From Candidatus Zhuqueibacterota bacterium (GTDB lineage: Bacteria > BS750m-G25), in NCBI GenBank assembly GCA_016783505.1, contig JADHWK010000003.1:1-64000 (forward strand): a stretch of DNA of 64,000 bases, written 5' to 3'. Under the pieces are notes generated by a model, which was given only the letters and a program-made list of their open reading frames with translations, was not told the origin of the DNA and ran no database searches. The position numbers were made by a program, and so were the translations under genes. Shown here piece by piece: positions 8,316 through 18,659 of the stretch. Each line of letters opens with the position of its first letter. The first letter of the stretch is position 1.

Positions 8316-11096
8316 TCACTTTTCTACTTGTTCCCCTCCCATCGGAATACTCACCCTCACCGTCGTTCCTTTACCTTTCCGACCGGTAATTTCCACATCT
8401 CCGCCAAAAACATATGCACGTTCTTTCATACCTATCATACCAAAAGAATCCCGGCTTTTTAATTTTTCCTGGGGAATGCCTATACCATTATCTGATATTT
8501 CAAGCAAAAGTTTACCGTCTGTTTTACTTATGTTAATTATAACTTTTGTTGCCTTTGCATGTCGGGTAACATTGACCAGGGCTTCCTGATATATTCGAAA
8601 TATTGCGATGGAACGATCTTTGTCTAATTTGATTTCCTTTAACTTAGTTGTTAATTCACATAATATTCCGGTGCGATCCTGGATTTCGTTCGCCTGCCAT
8701 TCCAGGGCTTCAAGGAGACCAAGGTTGTCAAGCACTTCCGGTCTTAATTCTGTAATTAATTCTCTGATCCTTTTAACGGTTACTCCAATAATTTCCTGCA
8801 TCGCATCAATTTCCCCCAAAAGAACTTGTAAATCTATTGATTCTTTTTTTTCTTTAATATCACGGGACATCAACGATAAATTCATTTTCAATGCTGTTAA
8901 GACCTGCCCCAACTCATCATGGATTTCTCTGGCTATGTATTTTCTTTCTTCTTCTCTCACATATTGAATGTGTGCGGAAAGATCTCGTATTTGAGCAAAT
9001 GACATTTTTAAATCTTCTTCAGCCAGCTTGCGTCCGGTGATGTCCCTGGTTACGCCCATAAATCCTATCAGTTCTCCTTCCTTCCCTTTCATCATGGATA
9101 CGCTCATCTCGACAGGAACTTTACTACCGTCCTTAATGAGAACATGATACTCTCGATCTTTGACGTATCCCTTTTCAATCACTTCTTCCATAGCGGCAAT
9201 AGCTTTTTCTCGATCTTCAGGAGCGATAAGATCAAAGGAGCTTTTTCCAATCAAGTCTGCTTTTTCATCCGTACCGTACATTTTCAGGGTTGCTTCGTTT
9301 ACATCTATGATCTTTCCTTCCAAATCACTGATTACAATACTATCTGTAGACATCTTTACAGCATTAGATAGACATATTAATTCCTCATCCGCCCGCTTGC
9401 GCTCAGTGATGTCGCGGAATATCTCTAACTTTGAGATGCTGCCATCGGGGTTTTTCAAGGGCGTGTCAATGAGGTCGTATGTCTTCTGGTTCTTAAAGGA
9501 ATACCATTCCCAACGGACAGTTTTTCCTGCAAAGACATCCTGATTCTTGCACCACGGGCAGACATCTTTTCGGTCATGAAAATATTCATAACACTTGTGC
9601 CTCTCAAATGGACCAAAGTCTTTCTTGAGCACGGGATTTACGTATTGGATATCATATTGTTGATTGACGATGTAGACCCCGTCCTCCATAGCTTCTAGAA
9701 TGTTGATAAAATTGTCGCGCTCCAGGCGCAGCGCCTCCTCCGCCTGCTTGCGCTCGGTGATGTCGCGTGCCATACCCAGACCTATATAGTGGTCAACACC
9801 CCGTTCCAGAGGAATGCCGAACGTCTCAACCCAGATTGTTTCCCCAGATTTGGTGATGAGGCGAAGTTCAACAGGATGCTCCATAACGCCTTTGGCCCAG
9901 GCATCTGCCATGCCTTTGAATACCTTTGGAATGTCCTCCGGATTAAGCATGTCTTGCATCGAGACCTTTCCAAGATCATCCCGAGTATATCCTAGCCGCT
10001 CCAGAGCGTAATCGTTGGCGTCAAGGAAGAGCCCTTGCTCATTATGTATGTAGACCATCTGAAGTCGGTTATCAAAGATCGCCTTGTACCGTCTCTCAGC
10101 CTCTTTTACTGCTTCCTCTGCCCGCTTGCGCTCGGTGATGTCACGTACCACGGCGAGAATTGCAGGTTCCCCCTGATATTCAATCCTAAGGGCATTGACC
10201 TCTACGGGAATTAACTTTCCATCCTTGCAGCTATGTAGCGACTCAACTATGGTGGGCTCTCCAGCCCATATCCTCTCTTGGTTATCCTTCATCAGTTGGT
10301 GGAAATCTGGATGTACAAGATCGGCAGGCCTCAAGCTGAAAAATTCTTCACTACTATAACCCAGACGCTGTAATGTAACTTCATTACAATCCACGAACCT
10401 TCCTTGGGAGTTTAAGACCATCACTGAGTCGTTAATGCCCTCAAAGAGCTGCCTATAGCGCCGCTCCGATTCCCGCAGCTCCTCCTCCGCCTTCTTGCGC
10501 TCGGTGATGTCCTGCAATATACCCACTAAGCGAACAGCTTTGCCATATTCTTTCTCTGTAATGCTGATGGAAGCAAGCGTAACATAACTGCCATCTTTCT
10601 TCCTAAATCGGTACTCGGCCATAGCACGATCTAACGTCTCAATAGCCTCTTGCAGAATTGATAGAACCTTATCTCTATCCTCAGGGTGTATTCTTTCTGC
10701 CCAGTCCTCAATATCAACTTTTGCGAATTCTTTCGGTGTATATCCAGTAATCTCTTTAATGGCTCCACCCCATGTGATTTTACCAGTGGCAATATCGTAA
10801 CTAAATGTAAGTGCTCTTGCTGCTTCAATTGCAGCTGATGCTTGTTTTTCACTTTTATGGAGCGCCTCCTCCGCCTTCTTGCGCTCGGTGATGAGCCTTG
10901 ATACGACGATGCCAAATATTAGGAAACATGCAATCATGACTAATCGTATATAGAGTTCATGATTAGGCACATCAGTAATCAGCAATCCCAACAATGTCCC
11001 TTCATAGAAAATGAGGTAGTCCAAAACAGCATCAACTACCCAAACTAACAGCCCTAACATAACCGAAACAGCAATGACTTTGTGTTTAGTTTTCAT
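8316..11096 (-). CDS. Multi-PAS sensor histidine kinase (HisKA_3/NarX-type)
   Basis: Two N-terminal TM helices, about five PAS/PAC units ending DITERK.AEE, IAREIHDELGQ, QEALVNVTRHA, DNGIG. Confidence 0.93.
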   Translation of the reverse strand: MKTKHKVIAVSVMLGLLVWVVDAVLDYLIFYEGTLLGLLITDVPNHELYIRLVMIACFLIFGIVVSRLITERKKAEEALHKSEKQASAAIEAARALTFSYDIATGKITWGGAIKEITGYTPKEFAKVDIEDWAERIHPEDRDKVLSILQEAIETLDRAMAEYRFRKKDGSYVTLASISITEKEYGKAVRLVGILQDITERKKAEEELRESERRYRQLFEGINDSVMVLNSQGRFVDCNEVTLQRLGYSSEEFFSLRPADLVHPDFHQLMKDNQERIWAGEPTIVESLHSCKDGKLIPVEVNALRIEYQGEPAILAVVRDITERKRAEEAVKEAERRYKAIFDNRLQMVYIHNEQGLFLDANDYALERLGYTRDDLGKVSMQDMLNPEDIPKVFKGMADAWAKGVMEHPVELRLITKSGETIWVETFGIPLERGVDHYIGLGMARDITERKQAEEALRLERDNFINILEAMEDGVYIVNQQYDIQYVNPVLKKDFGPFERHKCYEYFHDRKDVCPWCKNQDVFAGKTVRWEWYSFKNQKTYDLIDTPLKNPDGSISKLEIFRDITERKRADEELICLSNAVKMSTDSIVISDLEGKIIDVNEATLKMYGTDEKADLIGKSSFDLIAPEDREKAIAAMEEVIEKGYVKDREYHVLIKDGSKVPVEMSVSMMKGKEGELIGFMGVTRDITGRKLAEEDLKMSFAQIRDLSAHIQYVREEERKYIAREIHDELGQVLTALKMNLSLMSRDIKEKKESIDLQVLLGEIDAMQEIIGVTVKRIRELITELRPEVLDNLGLLEALEWQANEIQDRTGILCELTTKLKEIKLDKDRSIAIFRIYQEALVNVTRHAKATKVIINISKTDGKLLLEISDNGIGIPQEKLKSRDSFGMIGMKERAYVFGGDVEITGRKGKGTTVRVSIPMGGEQVEK

Positions 11097-11254
11097 GACT
11101 CCTCCTCCATCCGCTTGCCTGCCTGTTCGCCTGCCCGGCTGTTAGACGGGGCAGACAGGCGCTGGGTTTCGGCCTTTTCCAATTCATTAATTCGTTGGCG
11201 CAATTCTACCAACTTGTTTATGAGTTGATCTTTGGTTTTGCGCTCATTCTTCAT
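11093..11254 (-). CDS. 53-aa coiled-coil peptide coupled to the PAS kinase; carries an in-frame 42-nt palindromic insert
   Basis: MKNERKTKDQLINKLVELRQRINELEKAETQR-LSAPSNSRAGEQAG-KRMEEES*; stop overlaps the kinase ATG (ATGA). Confidence 0.6.
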   Translation of the reverse strand: MKNERKTKDQLINKLVELRQRINELEKAETQRLSAPSNSRAGEQAGKRMEEES

Positions 11255-11411
11255 CTTTCATCCTGATATTTTTCTTTAATAGACAATATTTCATTCTTTA
11301 CTGAGAAAAAAGCTGCCTGTTCCTGCCCGACAGTCAGGCAGCCGGCACGGCAGATATGTCTTCATCTTTCATCAAATCATCCGTTTCTCCGAAGAACTCC
11401 TGGTTAATTTA

Positions 11412-11440
11412 ATTATACATAATTATTTTGAATTTGTCAA
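11412..11440 (-). promoter_or_regulatory. sigma70-type promoter for the signalling operon
   Basis: TTGACA-17bp-TATAAT perfect consensus on the minus strand. Confidence 0.75.
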
Positions 11441-11522
11441 TAAAAACTTTGCCTGTTTGAGAAAAATCGGCCAAATAAAAAAACCAGCATAGAAACGGGG
11501 GGCTGGTTTTCTGAGATTTTTC

Positions 11523-11551
11523 TTGATTTTTAAGTTTTTTTTCCTTATACT
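11523..11551 (+). promoter_or_regulatory. sigma70-type promoter for rpmB
   Basis: TTGATT-17bp-TATACT. Confidence 0.6.
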
Positions 11552-11578
11552 TAGCCACAACATTTATAGGAAGAAAAA

Positions 11579-11827
11579 ATGGCCCGAAGATGTGACATCT
11601 GTGGTAAAGGTCCCATAACGGGACACCGGATCAGCCATTCCCACCATCTCACCAAGCGACGTTGGCTTCCAAATTTGCAGCGCGTCAGGGTGATAGTGGA
11701 CGGTCGCCCCCAGAGATTGATGGTTTGCACCAATTGTATCAAATCCGGACGGGTTCAAAAGGTCCCCCCGAGAATAAAGATTTCTAGCGAAGCCTCTCCC
11801 CAAATCGACGAGTTGGGAACAACCTAA
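11579..11827 (+). CDS. rpmB: 50S ribosomal protein L28
   Basis: MARRCDICGKGP..GHRISHSHHLTKRRWLPNLQ...VCTNCIKSG. Confidence 0.95.
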   Translation: MARRCDICGKGPITGHRISHSHHLTKRRWLPNLQRVRVIVDGRPQRLMVCTNCIKSGRVQKVPPRIKISSEASPQIDELGTT

Positions 11828-11936
11828 ACTGAATGTCTCGGAATTTCTAAGAAAGAGTTAAGAAGTTGCACCGAACCTTCGGGGTTATTTTCAAAAAGAA
11901 GCAGAGGGGCAGAGGTGCTGAGGAGCATAGGAGAAT

Positions 11937-12331
11937 TCATTTACCGCGCACTATTAACCAAGGCTGCGGATTGTTTATCATAGTCACCAACTTGCCCAAA
12001 ATCCTATCGTAAATTTCGTAAAGTTCTTTCCCAATCTCTCTGCTCAAATACCCACACTTCACAGCAAACTCCAACCATACTTGGGTCTCTGCTGCCTCTG
12101 CTTCAGGGTCATTCAGCTTACTAACAAAAGCCGCCTCATATCGCCTCTTCCTCCAGGCCTCTGCAATATTTGTACACACTGATCTCGATGACTTACGAAT
12201 CTGATCGGTCAACGAATACGCTCCTCTGTGGCAAATTGTTTCGATAACTCAAAAATCCTCATCGCCACATCAAAGACCATCTGATATACTTCTAATTCAC
12301 GATGACTTTGGATAACTTTCCTCTTATCCAT
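11937..12331 (-). pseudogene. Four-helix-bundle (IVS/bAvd-like) protein with a 1-nt deletion
   Basis: MDKRKVIQSHRELEVYQ...FATEER then a shift near 12219 into YSLTDQIRKSSRSVCTNIAEAWRKRRY...EAAETQVWLEFA; span 395 nt (may be a sequencing error). Confidence 0.85.
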
Positions 12332-12398
12332 CGGTTCTAATCTAAATTCTTTTTCCCCTCTGCTCCTCCGCCCCCTTGCTCCCCTGTCTGCCCTTTAA

Positions 12399-13562
12399 TC
12401 AGTCCATCTGTTTTCTTAAAAAAGTAGGAATATCCAGGTTGTCGGCATCTACATCGGGTTGGGGTTCTTCGTCCGGATGAACATATTCTTTGACCTCGCC
12501 GAACTCCTCCTTGCGCAGGTAGGCCGGTCGTTCATAGGGTTGCAGGTTCTGTCCCTGGAAGTCAACAAAACGATCCTCTGAGACCAGTCTTCTCCGCTTG
12601 GATGAGTCGTTGAACCCGGTGGCGATCACGGTCACCCGGATCTCATCCTTAATGCTTTCATCAATCACCGCGCCGAAGATGACGTTGGCCTCGTCCCCGG
12701 CCGCTTCGTAAATCACCGAGGTGGCGTCGTTGACGTCGTAAAGGGTCATGTCCACCCCCCCGGTAATGTTGATCAAAAGGCCCCGGGCACCGGCGATGGA
12801 AACGTCTTCCAGCAAGGGACTGGAGATAGCCTGGTGGGCCGCTTCCATGGCTCGATTCTCGCCATTGGCAACACCCACACCCATCAGTGCATCCCCCATC
12901 TCGGCCATCACCGTACGCACATCAGCGAAGTCCAGATTGATCATCCCTGGGATGGTAATGAGATCGGATATCCCCTGGGTGGCCTGCAAAAGAACCGAAT
13001 CGGCCACCTTAAAGGAATCAATTAGCGAGGTCTCTTTGGATACCACTGATAAAAGCCTCTGATTCGGTATGATGATCAAGGTATCCACTCGGTCTTTGAT
13101 CTCACGTATGCCGGCTTCGGCTTTTTCCATCCTCCTCTTCCCCTCAAAATGAAAGGGTGTGGTAACGATGGCCACCGTTAACGCCCCCAGATCCTTGGCC
13201 ACCTCAGCGATGATGGGGGCCGCTCCCGTCCCCGTCCCCCCCCCGAATCCGGCGGTTACAAACACCATGTCAGCATCGGTCAGGGCGCTCACCACCTGAT
13301 CCTTGTCTTCCTCCATGGCTTTGCGGCCTAATTCCGGGTTGGAACCCACCCCTAATCCCTTGGTAAGATCTTTCCCGATCTGGATCTTGCGGGGCGACTG
13401 GTTGGCTTCCAAAGCCTGGGCGTCAGTGTTAATAGCGATGAAATCAACCCCCGAAAGCTGGGCTGCAATCATACCGTTGATGGCATTACCCCCGGCCCCA
13501 CCAACGCCCACCACCTTCATCTTCGCCTTCAGGTCAGCAAACTCATCCAGCTCAAAAACCAT
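12399..13562 (-). CDS. ftsZ: Cell division GTPase FtsZ
   Basis: [25 protein letters not shown]-terminal [12 protein letters not shown]. Confidence 0.98.
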   Translation of the reverse strand: MVFELDEFADLKAKMKVVGVGGAGGNAINGMIAAQLSGVDFIAINTDAQALEANQSPRKIQIGKDLTKGLGVGSNPELGRKAMEEDKDQVVSALTDADMVFVTAGFGGGTGTGAAPIIAEVAKDLGALTVAIVTTPFHFEGKRRMEKAEAGIREIKDRVDTLIIIPNQRLLSVVSKETSLIDSFKVADSVLLQATQGISDLITIPGMINLDFADVRTVMAEMGDALMGVGVANGENRAMEAAHQAISSPLLEDVSIAGARGLLINITGGVDMTLYDVNDATSVIYEAAGDEANVIFGAVIDESIKDEIRVTVIATGFNDSSKRRRLVSEDRFVDFQGQNLQPYERPAYLRKEEFGEVKEYVHPDEEPQPDVDADNLDIPTFLRKQMD

Positions 13563-13578
13563 TGTCCCCTCCTATTCT

Positions 13579-14829
13579 TTAGAAAAAATTGACAAACCAA
13601 GTTTTCATATGTTTAAAGATGCGGCCAAGAAACCGGCCCCGATCCCCCTGGAAAGGATAGCCGTTGCCCAGATGCCCTTTGCCGTACAAAACCAGACCCA
13701 CTCCGGTGGCAAAAATGGGGTTCTGCACCGCCTCCTTCAACCCCTTTATCCCTCTGGGAACACCGATTTTTACCGGTAGATTGAAAACATTCTCAGCCAC
13801 CTCGGCGGTTCCTTCCAGCAGGGCCGATCCACCGGTAATGACCACCCCCGAGGTCAGCAGGTCGAAATAGTCCGATTTTTTCAACTCCTTCAGGGCAATT
13901 TCTAAGATTTCTTCCACCCGGGGTTGGATGATGGCGGCCAAGACGTGACGGGACACCTCCCGGGTCGGCCTTCCCCCGACCCCGGCGATAGTGATGACTT
14001 CGTCTTCGTCCACTTTGGATTGCAGGGCACAGCCGTATTCCACCTTGATGGTCTCCGCCTGATCCATAGGGGTCCTGAGACCCAGAGCGATGTCCCGGGT
14101 GATATTTTCCCCACCGAAACCGACAACGACTGTATAACGAATGCTCCCACCAAAGAAGATGGCGATGTCGGTGGTTCCCCCACCTAGGTCAATGAGGGCC
14201 ACCCCTAGTTCCTTCTCATCCTCACCGAGGACGGCGTAACTTGAAGCTAAGGGTTCCAGTACCAGTTCCTTAACGTTCACCCCGGCCCGCCGGACGCACC
14301 GCAGGATATTCTGGGCCGAGGTCACCGCCCCGGTGATGATATGAACGTCCGCCTCCAGACGAACCCCGGAGAGGCCAACCGGGTCCTTGATCCCATCCTG
14401 GTCATCCACCACGTATTCCTGGGGCAGGACATGCAGGACCTCCCGATCAATGGGCAGAGCCACCGCCTTGGCCGCCTCGATGACCCGCCGCTGATCGTCG
14501 CGGCTAATCTCGTTATGGGCCGGGTCACGATCTGATCGGGAGATAGCAATCACCCCACGGGAGTTGATAGATCGGATGTGGTCACCGGCGATCCCGGCGA
14601 AGACCGAATTGATCTCCACCCCTGCCGTGCGCTCCGCCTCCTCAATGGCGGTTTCAATGGATTGAACGGTGCGATCAATGTTGACCACCACACCCCGCCT
14701 GAGACCCTTGGTGGGGCTCATCCCCACTCCCACGATGCTCACCCCATCATGGTCATCTGCCTCGCCGATAACAACCCCTACCTTCGTAGTACCGATATCC
14801 AGCCCCACAATCATCTCCTGACTGGTCAT
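13579..14829 (-). CDS. ftsA: Cell division protein FtsA
   Basis: GLDIGTTK, DLGGGTTD, VITGGSA; upstream of ftsZ. Confidence 0.97.
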   Translation of the reverse strand: MTSQEMIVGLDIGTTKVGVVIGEADDHDGVSIVGVGMSPTKGLRRGVVVNIDRTVQSIETAIEEAERTAGVEINSVFAGIAGDHIRSINSRGVIAISRSDRDPAHNEISRDDQRRVIEAAKAVALPIDREVLHVLPQEYVVDDQDGIKDPVGLSGVRLEADVHIITGAVTSAQNILRCVRRAGVNVKELVLEPLASSYAVLGEDEKELGVALIDLGGGTTDIAIFFGGSIRYTVVVGFGGENITRDIALGLRTPMDQAETIKVEYGCALQSKVDEDEVITIAGVGGRPTREVSRHVLAAIIQPRVEEILEIALKELKKSDYFDLLTSGVVITGGSALLEGTAEVAENVFNLPVKIGVPRGIKGLKEAVQNPIFATGVGLVLYGKGHLGNGYPFQGDRGRFLGRIFKHMKTWFVNFF

Positions 14830-15133
14830 TTCCCCTCTCCAGAAAAAGATGTGTTTTTCCCGAATTTTATAGGACTTCGTAACTTTTCGTAACTATCCAG
14901 CCACTTACCAACAATATTCATCAGAGGAATTTCTAAGACATTTGGTTCGGTCAGGCGCCCGACTGATAACCGTTTTACGCAACCTACCCATTTTGTTAAA
15001 GTCAATTCTTATCCCGAATATTCGGGACGAGACGTTAAAATAATTCTTTTGATACCATTTCTGATAGGGGTTTAAAACTTATATCCACTAGGCACCGGAC
15101 TGATTTCTTCTTTGTGCCTTGGTGGCTGAAACA

Positions 15134-15940
15134 TTATAACTTTTCTTTGATAACGATCTGATCCTCAAACCTCAGATCAATGTAGGCTAAATTCTCCAGA
15201 TTATAGTCCCGCAGCACACAGTCTAAGGCCGACCTTAACAGATCCACCATCGGCATCATGGAATGAGGGTTCATCCGGATGGGTACCCCACCATGGGTCG
15301 TATAGATGATAGGAGTCTGTGGGATACCCAGGTTGATTTCGGAGATTTGATAATAAAGGTCAACGTCGAGGGTTCTAAGCCCCCTTAGAAAATCCAGGGC
15401 CCATCGGAGTCTTGGCTCCCCTGTCCCCAAGATCGTTCCGATCGGGCGTCCAATCTCAGGGTGAAGGTTTTCAAGGCCAGTAATAATGGGCAGATCGTAG
15501 ACGTGCAGGGGCTTAAGACCGGGTAGAACGGTGCCATCCTCGGCCAGTGTCAGGGGTTCGGATTGGTTAATAAAGGCGATGGGTTGCCGTTCCCGCACAT
15601 GAACCTTTACCGTTGAAGGCAAATCTTTTCTGACCGAGACCCCCTGAATAAACGGATTCTGTTTGAGCTGTCTTATCACCTCTTTTGGGCTCACGATGAA
15701 GAGGTTTGTCCCCTGCTTAACCCCCAAACCCTCCAGGACGGCTTCCCTGGGAAGAATATGGTTCCCGGTGATTTTCACCTGCGACAAATGAAAACCCCGG
15801 TCCTGTTCAAACCAGACCTGGACCCATTTTAAGAACAGGAAAGCCAACGGCAAAATCAAAAGGACTTTTGAAAAACCCCATAATCCTGATGATGGACGTG
15901 GGTTATGTCTCAATCTCATGGTTCGGTTGAACAAGAACAT
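15134..15940 (-). CDS. ftsQ: Cell division protein FtsQ/DivIB
   Basis: TM helix, POTRA (VKITGN, VSVRKDLPSTVKVHVRERQPIA), C-terminal YIDLRFEDQIV. Confidence 0.88.
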   Translation of the reverse strand: MFLFNRTMRLRHNPRPSSGLWGFSKVLLILPLAFLFLKWVQVWFEQDRGFHLSQVKITGNHILPREAVLEGLGVKQGTNLFIVSPKEVIRQLKQNPFIQGVSVRKDLPSTVKVHVRERQPIAFINQSEPLTLAEDGTVLPGLKPLHVYDLPIITGLENLHPEIGRPIGTILGTGEPRLRWALDFLRGLRTLDVDLYYQISEINLGIPQTPIIYTTHGGVPIRMNPHSMMPMVDLLRSALDCVLRDYNLENLAYIDLRFEDQIVIKEKL

Positions 15941-16133
15941 ACTAAAGAAACTTTGAAGTTAAGATTCTGGTTACTGATGGAACCATGGAAGGTTGGAAGA
16001 ATGGAATGATGGATGGACCCCAACCCTCACTACGGTTTGTAGGCCAATCTTTCAAGAAACACCAACATAAATTAGTTTTAGAACTCCCGAGGCATGAAGT
16101 ATAAAAATCTGTGTAAATCAGTGTAATCTGTGG

Positions 16134-17078
16134 TTAGTCAAAGCCGATCAGTTTAATCTCCAGCTCCAGTTCCACCCCGAAACGGTTCTTCACCCGCCCT
16201 TTGACTTCCTCGATTAAGGCCAGCACATCCTCCGCCCGGGCCCGTGCCAGATTTACGATGAAGTTGGCGTGTTTTTTGGAGACCATAGCATCCCCAATCC
16301 GTATCCCCTTGAGACCTGCTTCCTCGATCAGTTGGCCCGCCGGTCGGTCGATGGGGCTTTTAAACACACTCCCGGCCGAGGGGAGGGATAGGGGCTGGCG
16401 CTGTCGCCGCTCCTTCAGTAGTTGACGCATTCGCTGATTGATCAGCTCCTTCTCCCCGGGTTCCAGTCCAAAGCACGCTTCCAGCATAATATTTTTTCTT
16501 AATGTTCCCGACTGGCGATAGCCAAATCCGATCTCATCCTTTTTAAGAACCTCAATCCTGCCATCAGGGACCATGGCGGTGACGGTCCTTAGCTTGTGGG
16601 AAATTTCCTGACCAAAAGCCCCTGCATTCATGATAATAGCTCCCCCCACTGTGCCCGGGATGCCGGCCAAAAATTCCAGCCCTTTCAGGTTCTTACGGGC
16701 GCAGAAGGAGGTTAACTTTTCCAGTCCCACCCCGGCCCCAACCCGGACCCCCTGCCCCTCCACCACAATTCGGTCCCAACCTTTTTTCAGGTCAACGACA
16801 AATCCCCGAAAGCCCCGGTCGCTGACCAAAAGGTTAGTCCCGTTTCCGATGACGAACCAAGGAATTTTCCGGCCATGGACAAACCGGAACAGGTTTTCAA
16901 GATCGGTTTCGTCCTCAGGGACAAGATAAAGGTCAGCCTTTCCGCCGATGCCGTATGAAGTGTGGTCGGCTAAGGGTTCATCAGGAAATACCAGCCCCCG
17001 GAAGAACCGCTTCACCTCAAAAAGGACATTGGAAAACATAAACTCAAATTGAAAACTAAGCTTTGGCAAAATGATCAA
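16134..17078 (-). CDS. murB: UDP-N-acetylenolpyruvoylglucosamine reductase (true start may be about 17039)
   Basis: HTSYGIGG, GNGTNLL, GIPGTVGGA..MNAGA, SAGSVFK, KHANFIVN. Confidence 0.95.
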   Translation of the reverse strand: MIILPKLSFQFEFMFSNVLFEVKRFFRGLVFPDEPLADHTSYGIGGKADLYLVPEDETDLENLFRFVHGRKIPWFVIGNGTNLLVSDRGFRGFVVDLKKGWDRIVVEGQGVRVGAGVGLEKLTSFCARKNLKGLEFLAGIPGTVGGAIIMNAGAFGQEISHKLRTVTAMVPDGRIEVLKKDEIGFGYRQSGTLRKNIMLEACFGLEPGEKELINQRMRQLLKERRQRQPLSLPSAGSVFKSPIDRPAGQLIEEAGLKGIRIGDAMVSKKHANFIVNLARARAEDVLALIEEVKGRVKNRFGVELELEIKLIGFD

Positions 17079-17329
17079 AATTTATAAATCCCCTAGCTCC
17101 AAATCCCATCCCAAAGATTCGGGACAAACAAATCGGTCAGGCGCCCAACTGATCCTAAATCTAAATTACTAAATATCCAAAACCAATTGCGTTTTGGTCC
17201 TTGGTCCCGAGTATTCGGGATTGAACATTGTTTGCCTGCCCGGCCAGGGGAATTTGGTGCTTGGAATTTGGTCCCAAGTATTCGGGATTATTGCTCAGCA
17301 TTTTAAATTTACCTAAGTTTAGTGAGAAC

Positions 17330-18484
17330 TTACCCTTTACTTTTGCGTTCAAGAAGCTTATGGAGACCATGCACGATGCGTTCGGCCGCATCGGGGACGG
17401 CCAGTCTGCGGCTGCAGTTTCCCATATTCCGCAGCCGGTCTTCATCCTCCAATAGTTCAAAAATGAGAGTTCTTGGTTTCTCCCTCCCCAGCTCTCGGTC
17501 GTAAACGATGACTCCGGCCCCAGCTTTGGCAAGCATACGGGCATTGTATTCTTGGTGGCCGGCCGCCGAGTAGGGAAAAGGGATAAGGATGGCCCCCAAA
17601 CCACTGCGGCAGAGTTCGGACACCGTTGAGGCCCCCGCCCGGCAGACTACCAGATCAGCGACTCCATAAGCCATATCCATCCGGTCCCAAAACTCTTTAA
17701 TCACCGCTTTCCCCCGGGGTCGGGGCTTAAGTTGGGACACCTTTTGGTGGGCCTGGGGCCAGAAGGCGGGGCCTGTCAGCCAGATGAGGTTGGCTCTCCC
17801 CAGCAGCTCTTCAACAAACAGCAGCACAGTCTCATTAATGTTTCGGGCCCCCTGGCTGCCCCCAAAGATCAGCACGGTCTTCATGTCAGGTCGTAAACCC
17901 ATCCCCTTGATGGCCTCTTCTTTATTCAAATCACCAATCCCCTCCCGGGTTGGATTTCCTGACAGAAACACTTCACCCTTGATTTTGAGGAATTTCTTAG
18001 TCTCTGCATAACTCAGATGAACCTGATCCACCCACCGGGCCATAATCCGGGTCACCCAGCCAGGGAAAAAATTCTGTTCTTGGATCAGGGTGGGAAAACG
18101 CAATAGAAGGGCTGCCAGCAGGACGGGGCCGCTCACGTAACCCCCGGTGCCCATCACCGCCTGGGGTCGAAAACGCTTAAGCAGAAACATTGATCGGAAC
18201 AAACTCAAAACAACCGTATAGAGCAAACCCAGATTTCCCCAGAATACCCCCCGTCGAAACCCCCGGATGGGCAAGGATTTGAAGGTAAAACCCCGGGCAG
18301 GGACAACATCTCTTTCCAGCCCCCTGGCCGAACCTAAGAAAAGAATTTTGGCCCCGGGGAAGCGTTTCTTAACCCCACGAGCTACGGCCAGGGCGGGAAA
18401 GAGATGCCCTCCCGTTCCCCCCGCCCCGAATACGAGCTTTATCTTCCTTCCCTCTTTCAAGATTTTATAGGTAACAATATTCAC
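17330..18484 (-). CDS. murG: Lipid II N-acetylglucosaminyltransferase
   Basis: GGTGGHLFP, GTGGYVS, GGSQGA, CRAGAST, HQEYNA. Confidence 0.96.
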   Translation of the reverse strand: MNIVTYKILKEGRKIKLVFGAGGTGGHLFPALAVARGVKKRFPGAKILFLGSARGLERDVVPARGFTFKSLPIRGFRRGVFWGNLGLLYTVVLSLFRSMFLLKRFRPQAVMGTGGYVSGPVLLAALLLRFPTLIQEQNFFPGWVTRIMARWVDQVHLSYAETKKFLKIKGEVFLSGNPTREGIGDLNKEEAIKGMGLRPDMKTVLIFGGSQGARNINETVLLFVEELLGRANLIWLTGPAFWPQAHQKVSQLKPRPRGKAVIKEFWDRMDMAYGVADLVVCRAGASTVSELCRSGLGAILIPFPYSAAGHQEYNARMLAKAGAGVIVYDRELGREKPRTLIFELLEDEDRLRNMGNCSRRLAVPDAAERIVHGLHKLLERKSKG

Positions 18485-18659
18485 TTTTGTTCAATGTGGT
18501 ACGGAAACCTCAACCAATATCGACTTTCTTTAGGCTATAAATCGTATTGTTTTGGATTTTGAATTTTTATCATCCGTCAGGTTAGTCAGGTGCTTAACTG
18601 ACGCCGGACTGATTTAGATTTGTTTCGTCCCGAGTATTCGGGATCGTATTTCGGTTTTT

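Noticed and set aside
7869-12331. Diversity-generating retroelement, suggested by the Avd-like four-helix-bundle genes
   Set aside because: No reverse transcriptase and no TR/VR pair with adenine-specific mismatches seen in the window.
17161-17604. 147-aa ORF as a murC remnant
   Set aside because: Alternative frame of murG plus repeat DNA; no Mur ligase motifs.
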